Shown in pieces: positions 39,299 to 52,759 of a stretch of 64,000 nt of DNA. The translations under genes and the position numbers were made by a program. Source of the stretch: Octopus sinensis (Eukaryota); the NCBI RefSeq assembly GCF_006345805.1, contig NC_043005.1, positions 66,216,001 through 66,280,000 of the forward strand, in the 5' to 3' direction. Numbering within the stretch: the first letter of the stretch is position 1; every line of letters begins with the position of its first letter. Below the pieces are notes generated by a model. That model searched no databases. It had not been told where the DNA came from and worked only from the letters and a program-made list of their open reading frames with translations.

Positions 39299-40229
39299 CT
39301 GTAAATATTAAATATGGCGGCAGTTAGAGGTCTTATTCTCTACTTTTATCAAACGACTAACATGGGAATCGAAAATTTCTTGACAACGTTTCAAAAAAAA
39401 ACACAAAAAAACCCAGTAAATATCAGAGTTATAAATTTTAGTATAAGGGCAACAGCTTTAGGGGTCAGGAATATATTGATTATTGTGACCCTAGTATTTT
39501 ATGTTTTCGATTCCAGAACGATGAATAGTAAAGTAGGGCTGGCAGAACTCGAAACCAAAAGAAATGTACGATACATCTAACCATTCTGCTAGGAACCGCC
39601 TTAAATATGGGTAGCAAAGTATATGTAAGTATTTTTAAGTGCGTGTGTAAAAGGATGCAGACATTTTATTGTTTTACAGTTCCATTAGAAAAGGAAACCA
39701 GAATATACGAAGTTTGTACTGTCGTTGGGTTTCTGAGTAGAATAGAAGACGAGAAATAAAGAATGATTTGTTGATCAACGCAATAGTAAGCAGGTTATCA
39801 GGTGGAGAGGTACTCCAGACTTCAAAAACTACAAGAGTCTATCTGCTGTTGTTACTCGGCATCAGATTACATTATCACAAGTACTTATGGTCTGAAAGGC
39901 TTCTTCGTCATTCGAACTAGCCGAGTTCATCCTAAAAATATTTAGGGAACACGCACACATATATTCACTCACACATACATACACACATATACACACATAC
40001 ACATACACACACTCACTCACTCACACACACAGACTTAGACACACACACACATAGACATACACACATGCACACACGCACGCACACTACGCGCACATTACTT
40101 TTGATGACCATTTCATTTTTTCTCGATAATACTCTGAAAGAAATATTTGTAAGAAGCAGAGTAGAATGCTAGCACTAATTATTGAATACATATTTTTTTC
40201 ATTATATTCTGACAGTCTAAGTGGGCTTT

Positions 40230-40400
40230 GTGGCAGAACCGTTAGCACGTCAGACGAAATGTTTAGCGGCATTTCGTCCGTCTGCATGCTCTGAGTTCAA
40301 ATTTTGCCGACGCCGGCTTTACTTTCCATCATTTCGGGCACGATAAATTAAGTACCAGTCAAGTACTAGGGTCAATGTCATTCACTTCACCCTCCCCTCA
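40230..40400 (+). mobile_element. SINE family A, diverged
   Basis: tggcagaaccgttagcacgtcagacgaaatg...ctgagttcaaattttgcc. Confidence 0.7.
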
Positions 40401-40984
40401 ATACTGCTAACCCTCTGCTAAAATTTCAAGCCTCTATTTTATAGCAGTTTTAATCCCTTCTGAAGAAACTCAAAGGTAGCCCAATCTCTACATGGTTATT
40501 TAGTATGCTAGAAATAGTAGGGATCACGTTGGTCTCAAAAGTAATCTTTTCCAGCATAAATATAGCTAAATCATCAAAAAAAAAGGGGGGGGAATCTGAA
40601 ATGCATCTGAAATGCGTTTATCATATCCATCCCACCCCCGCCTTTATTATTTTGTTCACATTGTATTCCGATATAATAATCTATATGCTCTGAAAATTAT
40701 CTGTAGTAATTTCATTAAAAAATATCTATCATTTTTTTTACAAGTATGGCTACACTCTTGCAATTACGTTCTAAATTTATTTGCTGAGCACTGAGTAGGA
40801 TTCAACGAATAAAGGGTACGGAGAAAAATTAAATGTAACATGAGAAAATTACAGAAATTGAGAATCAAGTGTCTACATATAATACAGTGACTAGCAGAAA
40901 ACTGTCTGGAATGCGATCTTTCTGCTGGTGATATGTATGTACCTGTATGTATATCTGTTTGCAGGTTTATATCTATCTATCTAT

Positions 40985-40992
40985 CTATATGG

Positions 40993-41023
<31 letters not shown>

Positions 41024-41255
41024 GGATATATATATATATATATATTATATGGATATATATATATATATATTATGGATATATATATATATATAATATGGAT
41101 ATATATATATATGGATATATATATATATGGATATTATATATATATATATATGGATATAATATATATATATATATATATGGATATATATATATATATATAT
41201 ATGGATATATATATATATATATATATATGGATATATATATAATATATATATATAT

Positions 41256-41304
<49 letters not shown>

Positions 41305-41326
41305 ATATATATATATATATATATAT

Positions 41327-41371
<45 letters not shown>

Positions 41372-41422
41372 ATATATGGATATATATATATATATATATG
41401 GATATAATATATATATATATAT

Positions 41423-41469
<47 letters not shown>

Positions 41470-41470
41470 A
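40985..41470. repeat. (TA)n array punctuated by GG (tatggata)
   Basis: About 20 GG interruptions at irregular spacing. Confidence 0.9.
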
Positions 41471-41664
41471 ATGCGTATCTGGGTGAATGCATTATAGAAC
41501 ACACATACTATGTTTATTACGATGAACATATATATTTAGTATATTTCTTGGGTTTTTGTCATTGAATCAACCATAGGCTGAAAATTTAGATCTTTTTAAA
41601 ACATATTTGAATAGGTATCTTTCATGAATATTCGGTGCTATTTTAATTTGTTGTTTGTTCCTGG

Positions 41665-41915
41665 TATCCTTGGCGTATAGGTTCCCCACTTGGACGGGAC
41701 GCCGATCCGTCGCAGGTGAGCTGCTAGATGCAGGAGGAAAGAGTGAGAGAAAGTTGTCGCGAAAGAGGCAGCAGAAGTTCGACATTACCTTCTGCCGGAG
41801 CCGTGTGGAACTTAGGTGTTTCGCTCATAAACACACACATCGCCCGGTCTGAGATTCGAACCTGCGATACCTCGACCGCGAGTCCGCTGCTCTAACCACT
41901 AGGCCATGTACCTCC
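41665..41915 (-). mobile_element. SINE family C
   Basis: Similar to 13094-13322 plus the 12440-12479 segment. Confidence 0.85.
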
Positions 41916-42656
41916 ACGTTATTTTAAGTAGCCCTGGCATTAATCGTTTGTAATTGCTTTCTCTTCTTTTCAATGGTTAGTTTAGAACAGTAACATTTGA
42001 GTTTTTATATTTTGGATGGCATTTCTTCAAAATTTTGAAATTAAGACCAAAAAACTTGAAATCTATAAAAAAATTTAAATGTATTGAAGTAGCTTACCTT
42101 TTGCTTATATATTTCCATTTGCAACGATATGAAGTTCTACTCTGACAACAATTAACTTTCTGCAAATTCCGTGCAAAGTCAACACTTGAAACTGAGATTG
42201 AAGTAGGTATTAAGCCTTTAAATAACAATCCAAAGAAGTGACAGAAACGTTTGACCAATCACAACAGCTTAACCTTTGTAAATATAAAATGAATAACGCG
42301 AAAGTTAATAGTAAATTGAAGCTATATAAATGTAGGAAAACTAGATTCTAATTGTTTTCCTTCAGATGAAAGTAAAAATGCAAGTTGTTCTTAGTGTCCC
42401 AACCCACGAGTGACTCATATTGAATATATTTTACAAAATGATAATAAAACTGCTGTGTTCACGAGATTTCACTATGCAAAAATTCAGTGGAATCCAGTAT
42501 GTATTATGTATACAGGTATGCATGTATGTATGCCATTATTCAGTTTCATTTCAAGATTTGCCAATAGAGAAAGATTTGGTTTCTAACCTAGATCCAAGGC
42601 TCTTTCATTGGAATTTCTACAACATCAACCGGATATTTTTGCATTTATGTGTGTAT

Positions 42657-43038
42657 ACGAGCAAAACGCCCCCCATCGAATGGACGGTGCTGAGTTGTCA
42701 AACATTTAAACCAAGTTTTCTCAAAACAACTTGTCCGACCGTCCCATAGGCCTTCCCTTTGAGAAAGACTGATTTAACTTAAATTTGAGACAACAGCAAA
42801 AGAAGAAATAAAGATAGACTCTTTTCTATTCCAAGGAAAACGATTTTATAAATGCACGTTCCCACGGCTTTATCGATTGCATTCTCACCTGGAATCGATT
42901 TTTGTAATTTTTTCAAGACTTATACACTCCCTGATACCGTTGGTATATACATGTCAAATTTGAGCGCAATCGGATGGCGGATGCCCGAGACCCTAAAAGA
43001 CACACACACACACAGACAGAACGAATTTTAGTGCAGAT
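42657..43038 (+). mobile_element. Non-autonomous Helitron/HINE-like element
   Basis: 5' acgagca...tgctgagt imperfect hairpin; 3' atacatgtcaaatttgagcgcaatcgg...acacacagacaga...gaattttagtgcagat, same layout as 58793-60364. Confidence 0.5.
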
Positions 43039-43909
43039 TTGAATGTTTTGTTTTACGTGTGTATTATCAAGCATCTCTATACTTGACCTGTATACTTAAA
43101 TGATAAACTTCTGGAAAGTTTAACAAATTTTTACAGTTTCAATGATAACTTGCTTCTGTAGTCTTCGAATCAGCTTTTTACTTTCCGGTTTTGAGAAGCC
43201 TAATTTCTCAAGATTGGTTAAGTAGATTACCTATGTAGTGTGTTACATATCCCAGTGCCCCAATAATTACAGGTATAAACATGAACTTGTAAATCTGAGT
43301 AGAGTAACTGTAAATTTCTCAATAGTCCAGCGTAGATATTTCATTTTTCGGTGATCTTTAATTACATATATTTATGTATAATCCGTTTTCATTTAAAAAC
43401 TTTCTCCACAATAGAGAAAGATTCGGTTTCTAATCCAGGAACAGAGTTTTTCATTGAAACTAAGGCTACCTCAGCTAGCTAATCATACAAGTATCTGCAC
43501 ATATAACTATTTTATAAGTTATATATGAGAATATATGCTTACGTGCTTATTTCTGTTCTTTTCTATAAGCACATTTGCTTCTTGTAAATTTATGAAACAT
43601 ATTACTTATTTCCATAGTTGATTAATGTGAATTTTCTAATTACCTGAGTCTTTTCTGGATCTATAAACCATATTCTTTCAACATTGGTGCTGAGTTAGTT
43701 GGTTATATATAAACAAATAAGCCAATTAATGCAATTTTAAATCTAAAAGTCACTCCAATGGAATATTCGTAGATTTGTCATTTTCCCTTATTTTTGACTT
43801 TATACTGTTGTCTGATTCCCACTACCGAGGACATTTCCTTTTATCTATCTTCTATCATAAAGTTAAATTTTATCATAAGTTATATTTTACCGACGTTTGA
43901 GTGACATAC

Positions 43910-44322
43910 TCTTTACTCTCTTTTACTTGTTTCAGTCATTTGATAGTGGCCATGCTAGAGCACCGCTTCTAGTCGAGCAAATCGACCCCAGGACTTATTC
44001 TTTGTAAGCCTAGTACTTATTCTATCGTTCTCTTTTGCCGAACTGCTAAGTTACAGGGACGTAAATACACCAGCATCGGTTGTCAAGCGATGTTGGGTGG
44101 GGGGACAAACACAGACACACAAACATATACACACACATATATATATATACATATATGTGACGGGCTTCTTCCAGTTTCCGTCAACCAAATCCACTCACTA
44201 GGTTTTGGTCGGCCCGAGGCTATTGTAGAAGACACTTACCCAAGGTGCCATGCAGTGGGATTGAACTGAGAACCATGTGGTTGGTAAGCAAGCTACTTAC
44301 CACACAGCCACTTCTGCACCTA
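43910..44322 (-). mobile_element. SINE family B, full-length
   Basis: Family match along the full length. Confidence 0.9.
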
Positions 44323-44690
44323 ATATTCAACTAATATTTTTTCACAATGTGTATCTGTCATTTAACCACTCTATTTTCACAGTGATAAAATGTATGTATA
44401 TGAAGCGCGTACATTAATTACTTAATACGAGTCGATATCATTGTGTATTATTTGTAAGTAGCCGTATTTGGACAAAATGCTTCGCCCTGTAGACATAATG
44501 GCTGTGTTATTATGATTATTCAAATCTCAGTTGACTTATAAGTTGTGTTATTACTATATATCATGCTGCGGTTCATTAGAAATTCAAGTGAAATATATTA
44601 ACTTCAACCAAAACTTAGTTTTCTTCCACGTTGCTCGCAATCTTAAAGTGGCCAAAATAACAATTGTTAAAAAGGTATAATATTTATGGT

Positions 44691-45110
44691 AAGGCGGCGA
44701 GCTGGCAGAAACGTTACCGCGTCGGGCGAAATGCTTTGCCGTATTTCGTCTGCTGCTACGTTCTGAGTTCAAATTCCGCCGAGGCCGACTTTGCCTTTCA
44801 TCCTTTCGGGGTCGATTAAATAAGTACCAGTTACGCACTGGGGTCGATATAATCGACTTAATCCGTTTGTCTGTCCTTGTTTGTCCTCTCTGTGTTTAGC
44901 CCCTTGTGGGTAGTAAAGAAATAGGTATTTCGTTTGCGTTACTTTGTGAGTTCAAATTCCGCCGAGGTCGACTTTGCCTTTCATCCTTTCGGGGTCGATA
45001 AATTAAGTACCAGTTACGCATTGGGGTCGATGTAATCGACTTAATACCTATGTCTGTCCTTGTTTGTCCCCTCTGTGTTTGGCCCCTTGTGGGTAATAAA
45101 GAAATAGGTA
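44691..45110 (+). mobile_element. SINE family A dimer
   Basis: Full head aaggcggcgagctggcagaaacg plus a second unit starting at gtatttcgt. Confidence 0.9.
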
Positions 45111-47219
45111 TAATATTTATTGTCCCCTTAAAGATTCCTGGCGGGTTACAATAAAAGTTGTATTGTGTGAGAATTGAACTTGGGGGAATGAAACAAAGTG
45201 CAGTATAGTTTCTAACATTTTTGCTCTGGTATTTGTATGTTACAGCCTTTGTGACAACTCTTAGGCATAAAAATATATTGAATTCTTAAATAAATATCAG
45301 GCTACAATTATTGAAAAATTGTATTTCGAATGAAACTATCACTGAATTTGCTTCGTTAACCTCTGTAAAGCGTGGTGAAATTTAAATGTATTAAATTGAC
45401 GCAAGAAGACATACTACATAATCATTTTTCCCTACGCTATCATCTTTAAGAACAATTCTTTGGAAACTTCTTCCTTTTAATGGAACCTATGTTAATTTGT
45501 CTTGGTGGAATAAATCAAAATGACTGACTTGGAAATTCGTCACAGAATGTTGTTTGTTCTGTGAAACCCCTCATAAAAGAATGAAGTAACATTTTTCCTT
45601 CTCACTAGATACTCAGTAGACAAGAGACATTTCGAATTAATTGCTTAACTGAAATGGAACGGTTTCAGTTGCATATTGAATAACTTTTATAATTTTACAG
45701 AGCGTTTATATTTGTTCTGTTAGGATATTTTAACGATTGTAAATAATGACCAGCCTTATTTAGTAGTACAGATTATCCAAGATCATTTACATGTCTGTTT
45801 CGAAAATATAAAGAAGTGATAAGTATTTGTTAGGCGTATGGAAACACACTTAAATATATAACAAAATAATCTTTAATGAACAATTCACAGTATCTTTCTT
45901 TTGTTAGGCCAATGTTTTCTATTGTCATTTTATTTATTTGTTCAATTTGGAAGCCGTGTTTTTTTTGTTATTGTAATATATTATATAAGCTAACTTGTTT
46001 CTTCTGGATGTTTTGGTTGAGACAAAAATATTTAAAAACTAGCAAAAACAATTAAATACCCTGAAAATACTTATATCTAGATAAAAAAAAATCCTAACAA
46101 ACCCAAGTAGAAGGGTGATTCAGTACTTTATGCACGCAGGAGTGAATACGTGGAAAAATAAAATAATTCTGAGAAAATGAAACCAAAGCGCTTTCTAGGA
46201 AAAATTGGTCACGCAGATCTGAACATGATTCCAAATAATTTGATTGAATGTAGTCAACACAGATAAGGGCTAAACTATAGCAATGTATAACGACGCAAAG
46301 CATCGTAAAACAAAGGGGAAGCGTTTTGTTGTTAACAAGTATTAACATGACATAACAAAATGACAAAGTCATTGCTCGTTCATGATTTGCACTCTGTATA
46401 GTAGCCGAAACTGTTGACCAGTTTTAATCCTTGGGTGAAATTGATCGTCTTAAAACATATGGAGCTAACTCGATCCTGAAAATCTACATCCCTACTCAAA
46501 TATGAATTACTGTTCTTTACTTCAAGCAGTATATGACACTTTTCCGTCTTTCACATTCGCCGCTGGTAGCATTCAGTTGCAACTTAATTAAATAAAAGTA
46601 TATAAAAATATTTAATATTCATCATATGTAGGTATTCGAATTTGTTGCGATTATTGTAACAGAAATCTGCTTGTCTGAAATATCGGTGAAGTCAGTCTTT
46701 GCTGATTATTCTTTACATTTAGTAAAATAATCAGCAAGCGTTGCAAAGGTTTTTTTCTACCAATCGTGCCATATGTGTTGCAGCAGGATACCACAGATTG
46801 GACTTGGCCGTCCATTATATTTGTTCTAAAAACATCATAAATCTAGTGACAAATTCTTTCTTCAAATATATGGAAGTTTAAATTACGATAAAATTTAACA
46901 ATTATAAAATTGATTGGTCACTTCCAAAACATGTCTCCCTACTTTAATATTATGTTCAAATGCAATATGTGTTTCATAACAGAAATTGAATTCATCCCTG
47001 CAAGCGCAACTAAATTTTCGCCGATTACATAGCTTGACCACTGCTATTAATGGGGAAATAATCCATACTCTGGAAATTATAGCTCAGTGAATTTGGTTTT
47101 ATACATAAAGGCCCTCTTTGGTCATGATTGACTATGGGATAGCACCTAGAAAATTATCCTCCGAGACAGAAGTCCACACAAGTTTGTTTATGGAAGACTA
47201 GAAGTCGCCCATGCGTACC

Positions 47220-47440
47220 AGGTTTCTCTTTCCACACCACCGATGTTATCCAAGGGAAAGGCAAAGGCCGTTACAGCTTGGCACCAGTGACATGGCAACT
47301 CATTTCTACAACTGAATGAACAAGAACAACTCGAAATAAAGTGCCTTGCTCAAGAATACAACACACAGCTCGGTCCGGGAATCGAACTCGCTTTCTCATG
47401 ATTGTGAGCCCGATGCTCTTCCCACTGAGCCATGCACCTT
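47220..47440 (-). mobile_element. tRNA-derived SINE family C-like
   Basis: Reverse complement gaaggtgcatggctcagtgggaagagcatcgggctcacaatc...gagttcgattcccggaccg. Confidence 0.7.
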
Positions 47441-47456
47441 CACAAAAGTGTGAGAT

Positions 47457-47544
47457 GCTTACAGCACATAGGTTCCCAAAGCAGTTAATCATCTAAGTAC
47501 TATCTAGGCTAGCGTTACCTAACTTCAGTGATATGGCTGTAAGC
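47457..47544 (-). pseudogene. 5S rRNA pseudogene with an internal deletion
   Basis: Minus strand gcttacagccatatcac|tgaagttaggtaacg...tagtacttagatg...gggaacctatgtgctgtaagc aligns to both ends of 5S rRNA; 88 nt versus ~120. Confidence 0.7.
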
Positions 47545-47796
47545 ACACATACACACACATACATACATACATAAGCACACACACACACATACACACACAC
47601 ACACACACACATACACACACACGCGTACACTTATATGGGGCTACACTCGCACACACATATGAGACTAGAATAAAAGTGAGGATTCGGTTGCATGCTTGTA
47701 TACTTGCCCATATCTTTGTGTGTTCTCCCACTGATACGCAAACACACACACACATACAGACTCCTACACTTCCCTCATGCATACGTACATACATGC

Positions 47797-48102
<306 letters not shown>

Positions 48103-49235
48103 TGAGCAATAACAAAATGCATAAGTTCCATAATCGTCATAAACATACAGTAAAACAGAAAAACGAATGGTAAAGAGAATTGTTTGCATAGTACGAGTAA
48201 GATACAAGGCAGGCAACGAATGCATATTATTTCCATTGGTGAGAGAGAATTAAATTATGATAAGAATCAATTGCGTTTGGTATAAAAAAATAAGCTTGCA
48301 GTCAGAAACATTAAAATATCAATCGTTAAATATAGAGTTTCAGTTAGTGTAGGTAGGGTATACCACCGACTTTTATTATGCACATTGGATAGAAGGTAAA
48401 CTTACAAACTTATATCTGATGACAGAGAACAATTAATATTGACTTCAAATTTTGGCACGTGGGAGGGGAAAAGTCGATTAGATCGACCCCAGTACTTAAC
48501 TGGCACTTATTTAATCGACCTCGAAAGGAAGAAACGCTAAGTCGACCCCGGCGGAATTTGAACTCAGAATGTAAAGAGAACAATTAATATTGATAATATT
48601 AATAATAGAATGTGTATCAAACTGACGTCATGCAAAGAAAAAAACTGCACAACAAAATGTGATCTGTTTCGAGTTATACACAGATCAAATAATACCTTAA
48701 AGATAAAAAATTCAAAATATATTTCGATGAAAATTTCAGCGTATATAAACTACATAGAACACAAACATTGTAAAGTGGCGCTAGAAAGATGGAGAGTTAC
48801 TATACACAAACACAACCGGGATTTGTAGAAAACAAAGAAAAAGATGATAAAGCCAATTATTTGTGTAGTACATCGAGGATGCAATGCATTTAGTTTGTAA
48901 AGTTTTGCGTTAAAATTGTCATTTGCCTGTATGATGGAAAAACAAATGACGAACCCATCTCCGCTTTATTAGTGAGGTAGAAGTAAAATTTGCTTATAAA
49001 AACATAAGTGCAGGCGCACACACACACACACGCACGCACACATACACAAACACACACACACACACATACACACACTCCGCATACATATGTACTTATGTAT
49101 GAGTCTATAGCTGCTAATATATGTATGTGCGTGCATATACATACATAGACACAAACCCATATACATATATACACACACATATACATACGTACATACATAC
49201 ATACATACATACAGACAGACAGACAAACAAAGTTT

Positions 49236-49277
<42 letters not shown>

Positions 49278-50297
49278 TGTATATATTTATATGCAAGCAT
49301 ATATGCATCTGTTCATCTCGGTGTATGCACATGCGTACACACACATACACACACACACACACACTCGTGTGTGTGTATGCTTGTAGGGAGAAAATTAAAG
49401 TGTGAGAGTGAGAAACAGACCCAAGTAAAATACATTAAAACGTCTTTCAATTCAAAAATACAATTTACTTCTAACTACATTGAAACGTATTTTCCACGTG
49501 TACATCCTCCCCACACCTCATAATCAAACTGAGGTATATTTCTTATGTTAGAATCCTCCCTCAACACTATTAGAAGAGACATTGGTATCAGCTTAACTGA
49601 TATAACTATACTTATACTACAATATCCTTTTTGATTTCTCGCTTCTGTTTATTGAAGTGTGTTAATTTGAAATGAAGTTATTTCCGGTAGATGATAGATT
49701 TTTACAGCATGAGTAATTTCCCTTTGCACTTTACTCTTTTTTTTTTTTCCAATTTTTATTTTACCTGTAAGCATATACGTGAAACGTTAGAATTGATGTA
49801 TATTTTATGTTGTATATTTTTTTTTTCGCAATCGTAACATTTTTTTAGGGGTAGATTGGAAACTATATTGAATAAGCATAATTTTTGAAATATTCGAAAA
49901 GTTAATTGCTAGTTTACCAAAACAGTTTACAAATAATAAGATTTTAATAATGAAATTGGTGTCAAACTAACGAAAACAACTGGTTTTGAATTACAGTATA
50001 GACAATTTTTATAGGTTATCACTTCATATATTACCTTGAATGATCATACATACATACATACATACATACATACATACATACATACATACATACATACATA
50101 CATACATACATACATACATACATACATACATACATGCATGCATGCATACATACATACATACATATACTACTTTCGCCGAGGAATTATCTCGCAGATTATC
50201 ACAGTCATAAAGTGCAGCATTATCAATAAATTCACAAAACATCAGAAACGATAATAGTTACCATGTTCCACTTCGATTTCCACAACTGGTATTAGTG

Positions 50298-50375
<78 letters not shown>

Positions 50376-50569
50376 CTTCTATGTATATATGCATGTACCT
50401 CTGTGCATATGTGCGTGTGTGTGCATGTCTTTATACATACATGTATATATATATATGCGTGTATGAATGTATGTATGTATAAAAACATACACGCACACAC
50501 ATATACATCCATCTATTCATCCATCCATCCATCCATCCATCCATATATATATATATATATATATATATG

Positions 50570-50601
<32 letters not shown>

Positions 50602-51414
50602 TGTATGTATGTTTTGATGGAAAAATGAATTTGCAAAATGCGTCTCTAAAAAGAACTGAAAAAAAAAAACATTATTCATAAAAATAAGTGAACAAAATCT
50701 GTATGTTGCAGCTTTGTCATCTCTGTTTATAAATATCGTTACCCAATTTGGCAAACGTTTTTGTTTTTTGCAAACTTAAATCAAATATTTTAAAACAAGT
50801 TTTTTTACTTCAATTTTAGACTTAGAAAACAATCTTATCCGAATTGAAGTGTTTGTTGAAAATAGAAAGAATGTGAACGTATAATGACTTCTGTATGTCA
50901 AGGTGACAATTTGACAAAATTAATGGTAAATATACATACATATACATACATACAAACATACATACATAAGTACATACATATATACATACACACACACATA
51001 TACATGTGACTACCGTAGTGGGGTGACCATTGCAGACTTTTCGTAAGATTGGAGAAACTGAGTCAGAACTGTTGAGCCCTCTTCGATAGAAATAGTCTAC
51101 TCCACTATGATTCATCATCGTATGAATTACTCTGCCAAAAACGCTTCTACTTCATGTAACGATGTTTACTTGAAGACGTATATAGGAAAAAAACAGAAGA
51201 CTTTGTGAAATGCTTACGATAGAAAGCTTTTCAGTTTGACGGCGAGTTAACTATAACAACCACGGAACTTTGCGATATGAAATCACGGTAACTTCCTTCA
51301 TGTGTCAAAAGTCTTCTCCCTTTCGAGATTTGCAGAACATTGTTTCCACGATTAAATTTAGTAAGTACTCTTATTCTGTAACTAGTTCCAATCTAAAATA
51401 GTTAAACAATATAC

Positions 51415-51660
51415 GATTAGGTGCTGTCGCGACTGTGTGGCTAGCAGCCTACTTCCAAACACCATGGTTCCGGCGGTCAGTTCCACTGTGTGTCACCTGA
51501 GCCAAGTGTTTTCTACTTTAGCCTAGGGCCGACGGATGCCTTGCGAATGGTTTTGGTAGATGGTAACTGAAAGAAAGCCGTCTTATATATATACATATGT
51601 ATGTGTGTGATTATGTCTTTGTATGCGTGTATGTGTGTGTCTATATATATATAGAGAGAG

Positions 51661-51717
<57 letters not shown>

Positions 51718-51990
51718 TACACACACACAGAAAAACGCACACGCATATATATGTATATTTGTATGCATGTGCGTTTTTCTGTCTGTTTTTGTCCACACCC
51801 ACCACCACTTGGCAACCGGTCGTGGTGTATTTACTACATACCCGTAATTTAGCGGTTCAGTGAAATACATCGGTAGAATAAATACCTCACTTAATAAAAA
51901 GTACTGGGATTGATTCATTCGACAAAAAATTATTCACGGTAGTGTCCCAGAATGGCCGCAGTCTGACGACTGAAACAAGTAAACGATAAA
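51415..51990 (+). mobile_element. SINE family B, diverged, with expanded internal microsatellites
   Basis: ttaggtgctgtcgcgactgtgtggc head through ggccgcagtctgacgactgaaacaag tail. Confidence 0.75.
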
Positions 51991-52294
51991 AGATTTAAAA
52001 ACGCTAATCGTAAGCTGATATTTTCAGGCAAGACTAACAATTTTTACGAAATAGATAGGGATATGTATAATAAAATATTAGTTAACAGCATTATCGATAA
52101 ATACAGAATGTCTGATATAGATACTTACAACTATTTTTAATAAACATTAAAAAAAACTGCATATCTCTCTAAGAGGGAAGGTTTCATTTCACTGAAAGAT
52201 AAATCCGACTTTCACAGTAGACCTAAATGAAGACTAATTAACACGGTTTAGACTGAACTGGGTTAAGCGAGCAAAAAAATAAAAGTAAAATTAA

Positions 52295-52546
52295 GAAACA
52301 CTCTATTACTCTTTTACTTGTTTAAGTCATGTAACTGTGACCATGCTGGAGCACCGCCTTTAGTCGAGCAAATCGACCCCAGGGCTTATTCTTTGTAAGC
52401 CTAGTACTTATTCTATCGGTCTCTTTTGCCGAACCGCTAAATTACGGGGACGTAAACACACCAGCATCGGTTGTCAAGCGATGTTGAGGGGGGGACAAAC
52501 ACAGACACACAAACACACACACACACACACATATATATATGTATAT

Positions 52547-52591
<45 letters not shown>

Positions 52592-52748
52592 GACGGGCTT
52601 CTTTCAGTTACCGTCTACCAAATCCACTCACAAAGCTTTGGTCGGTCCGAGGCTATAGTAGAAGACACTTAGCCAAGGTGCCACGCAGTGGGACTGAACC
52701 TGGTACCATGTGGTTCGTAAGCAAGCTACTTAACACACAGTCACTCTT
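52295..52748 (-). mobile_element. SINE family B, full-length
   Basis: Family match. Confidence 0.9.
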
Positions 52749-52759
52749 AAAAATTAATG

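Larger units (their letters stand above)
37795..39361. repeat. Local direct duplication: 37795-38106 and 39046-39361
   Basis: Offset ~1251 bp; long identical stretches interrupted by one more diverged AT-rich segment. Confidence 0.9.

Noticed and set aside
42098-42159. Minus-strand exon candidate (AAG|GTAAGC donor; KVNCCQSRTSYRCKWKYISK)
   Set aside because: Its phase-2 end is incompatible with the only open frame of the downstream duplicated exons; acceptor weak
46708-46747. Short hairpin ttgctgattatt...aataatcagcaa as a pre-miRNA
   Set aside because: Stem of about 16 bp is too short and the flanks do not extend the pairing
50822-51118. ORF MMNHSGVDYFYRRGLNSS...
   Set aside because: Only ~38 non-repetitive codons, no consensus donor, then runs into a microsatellite
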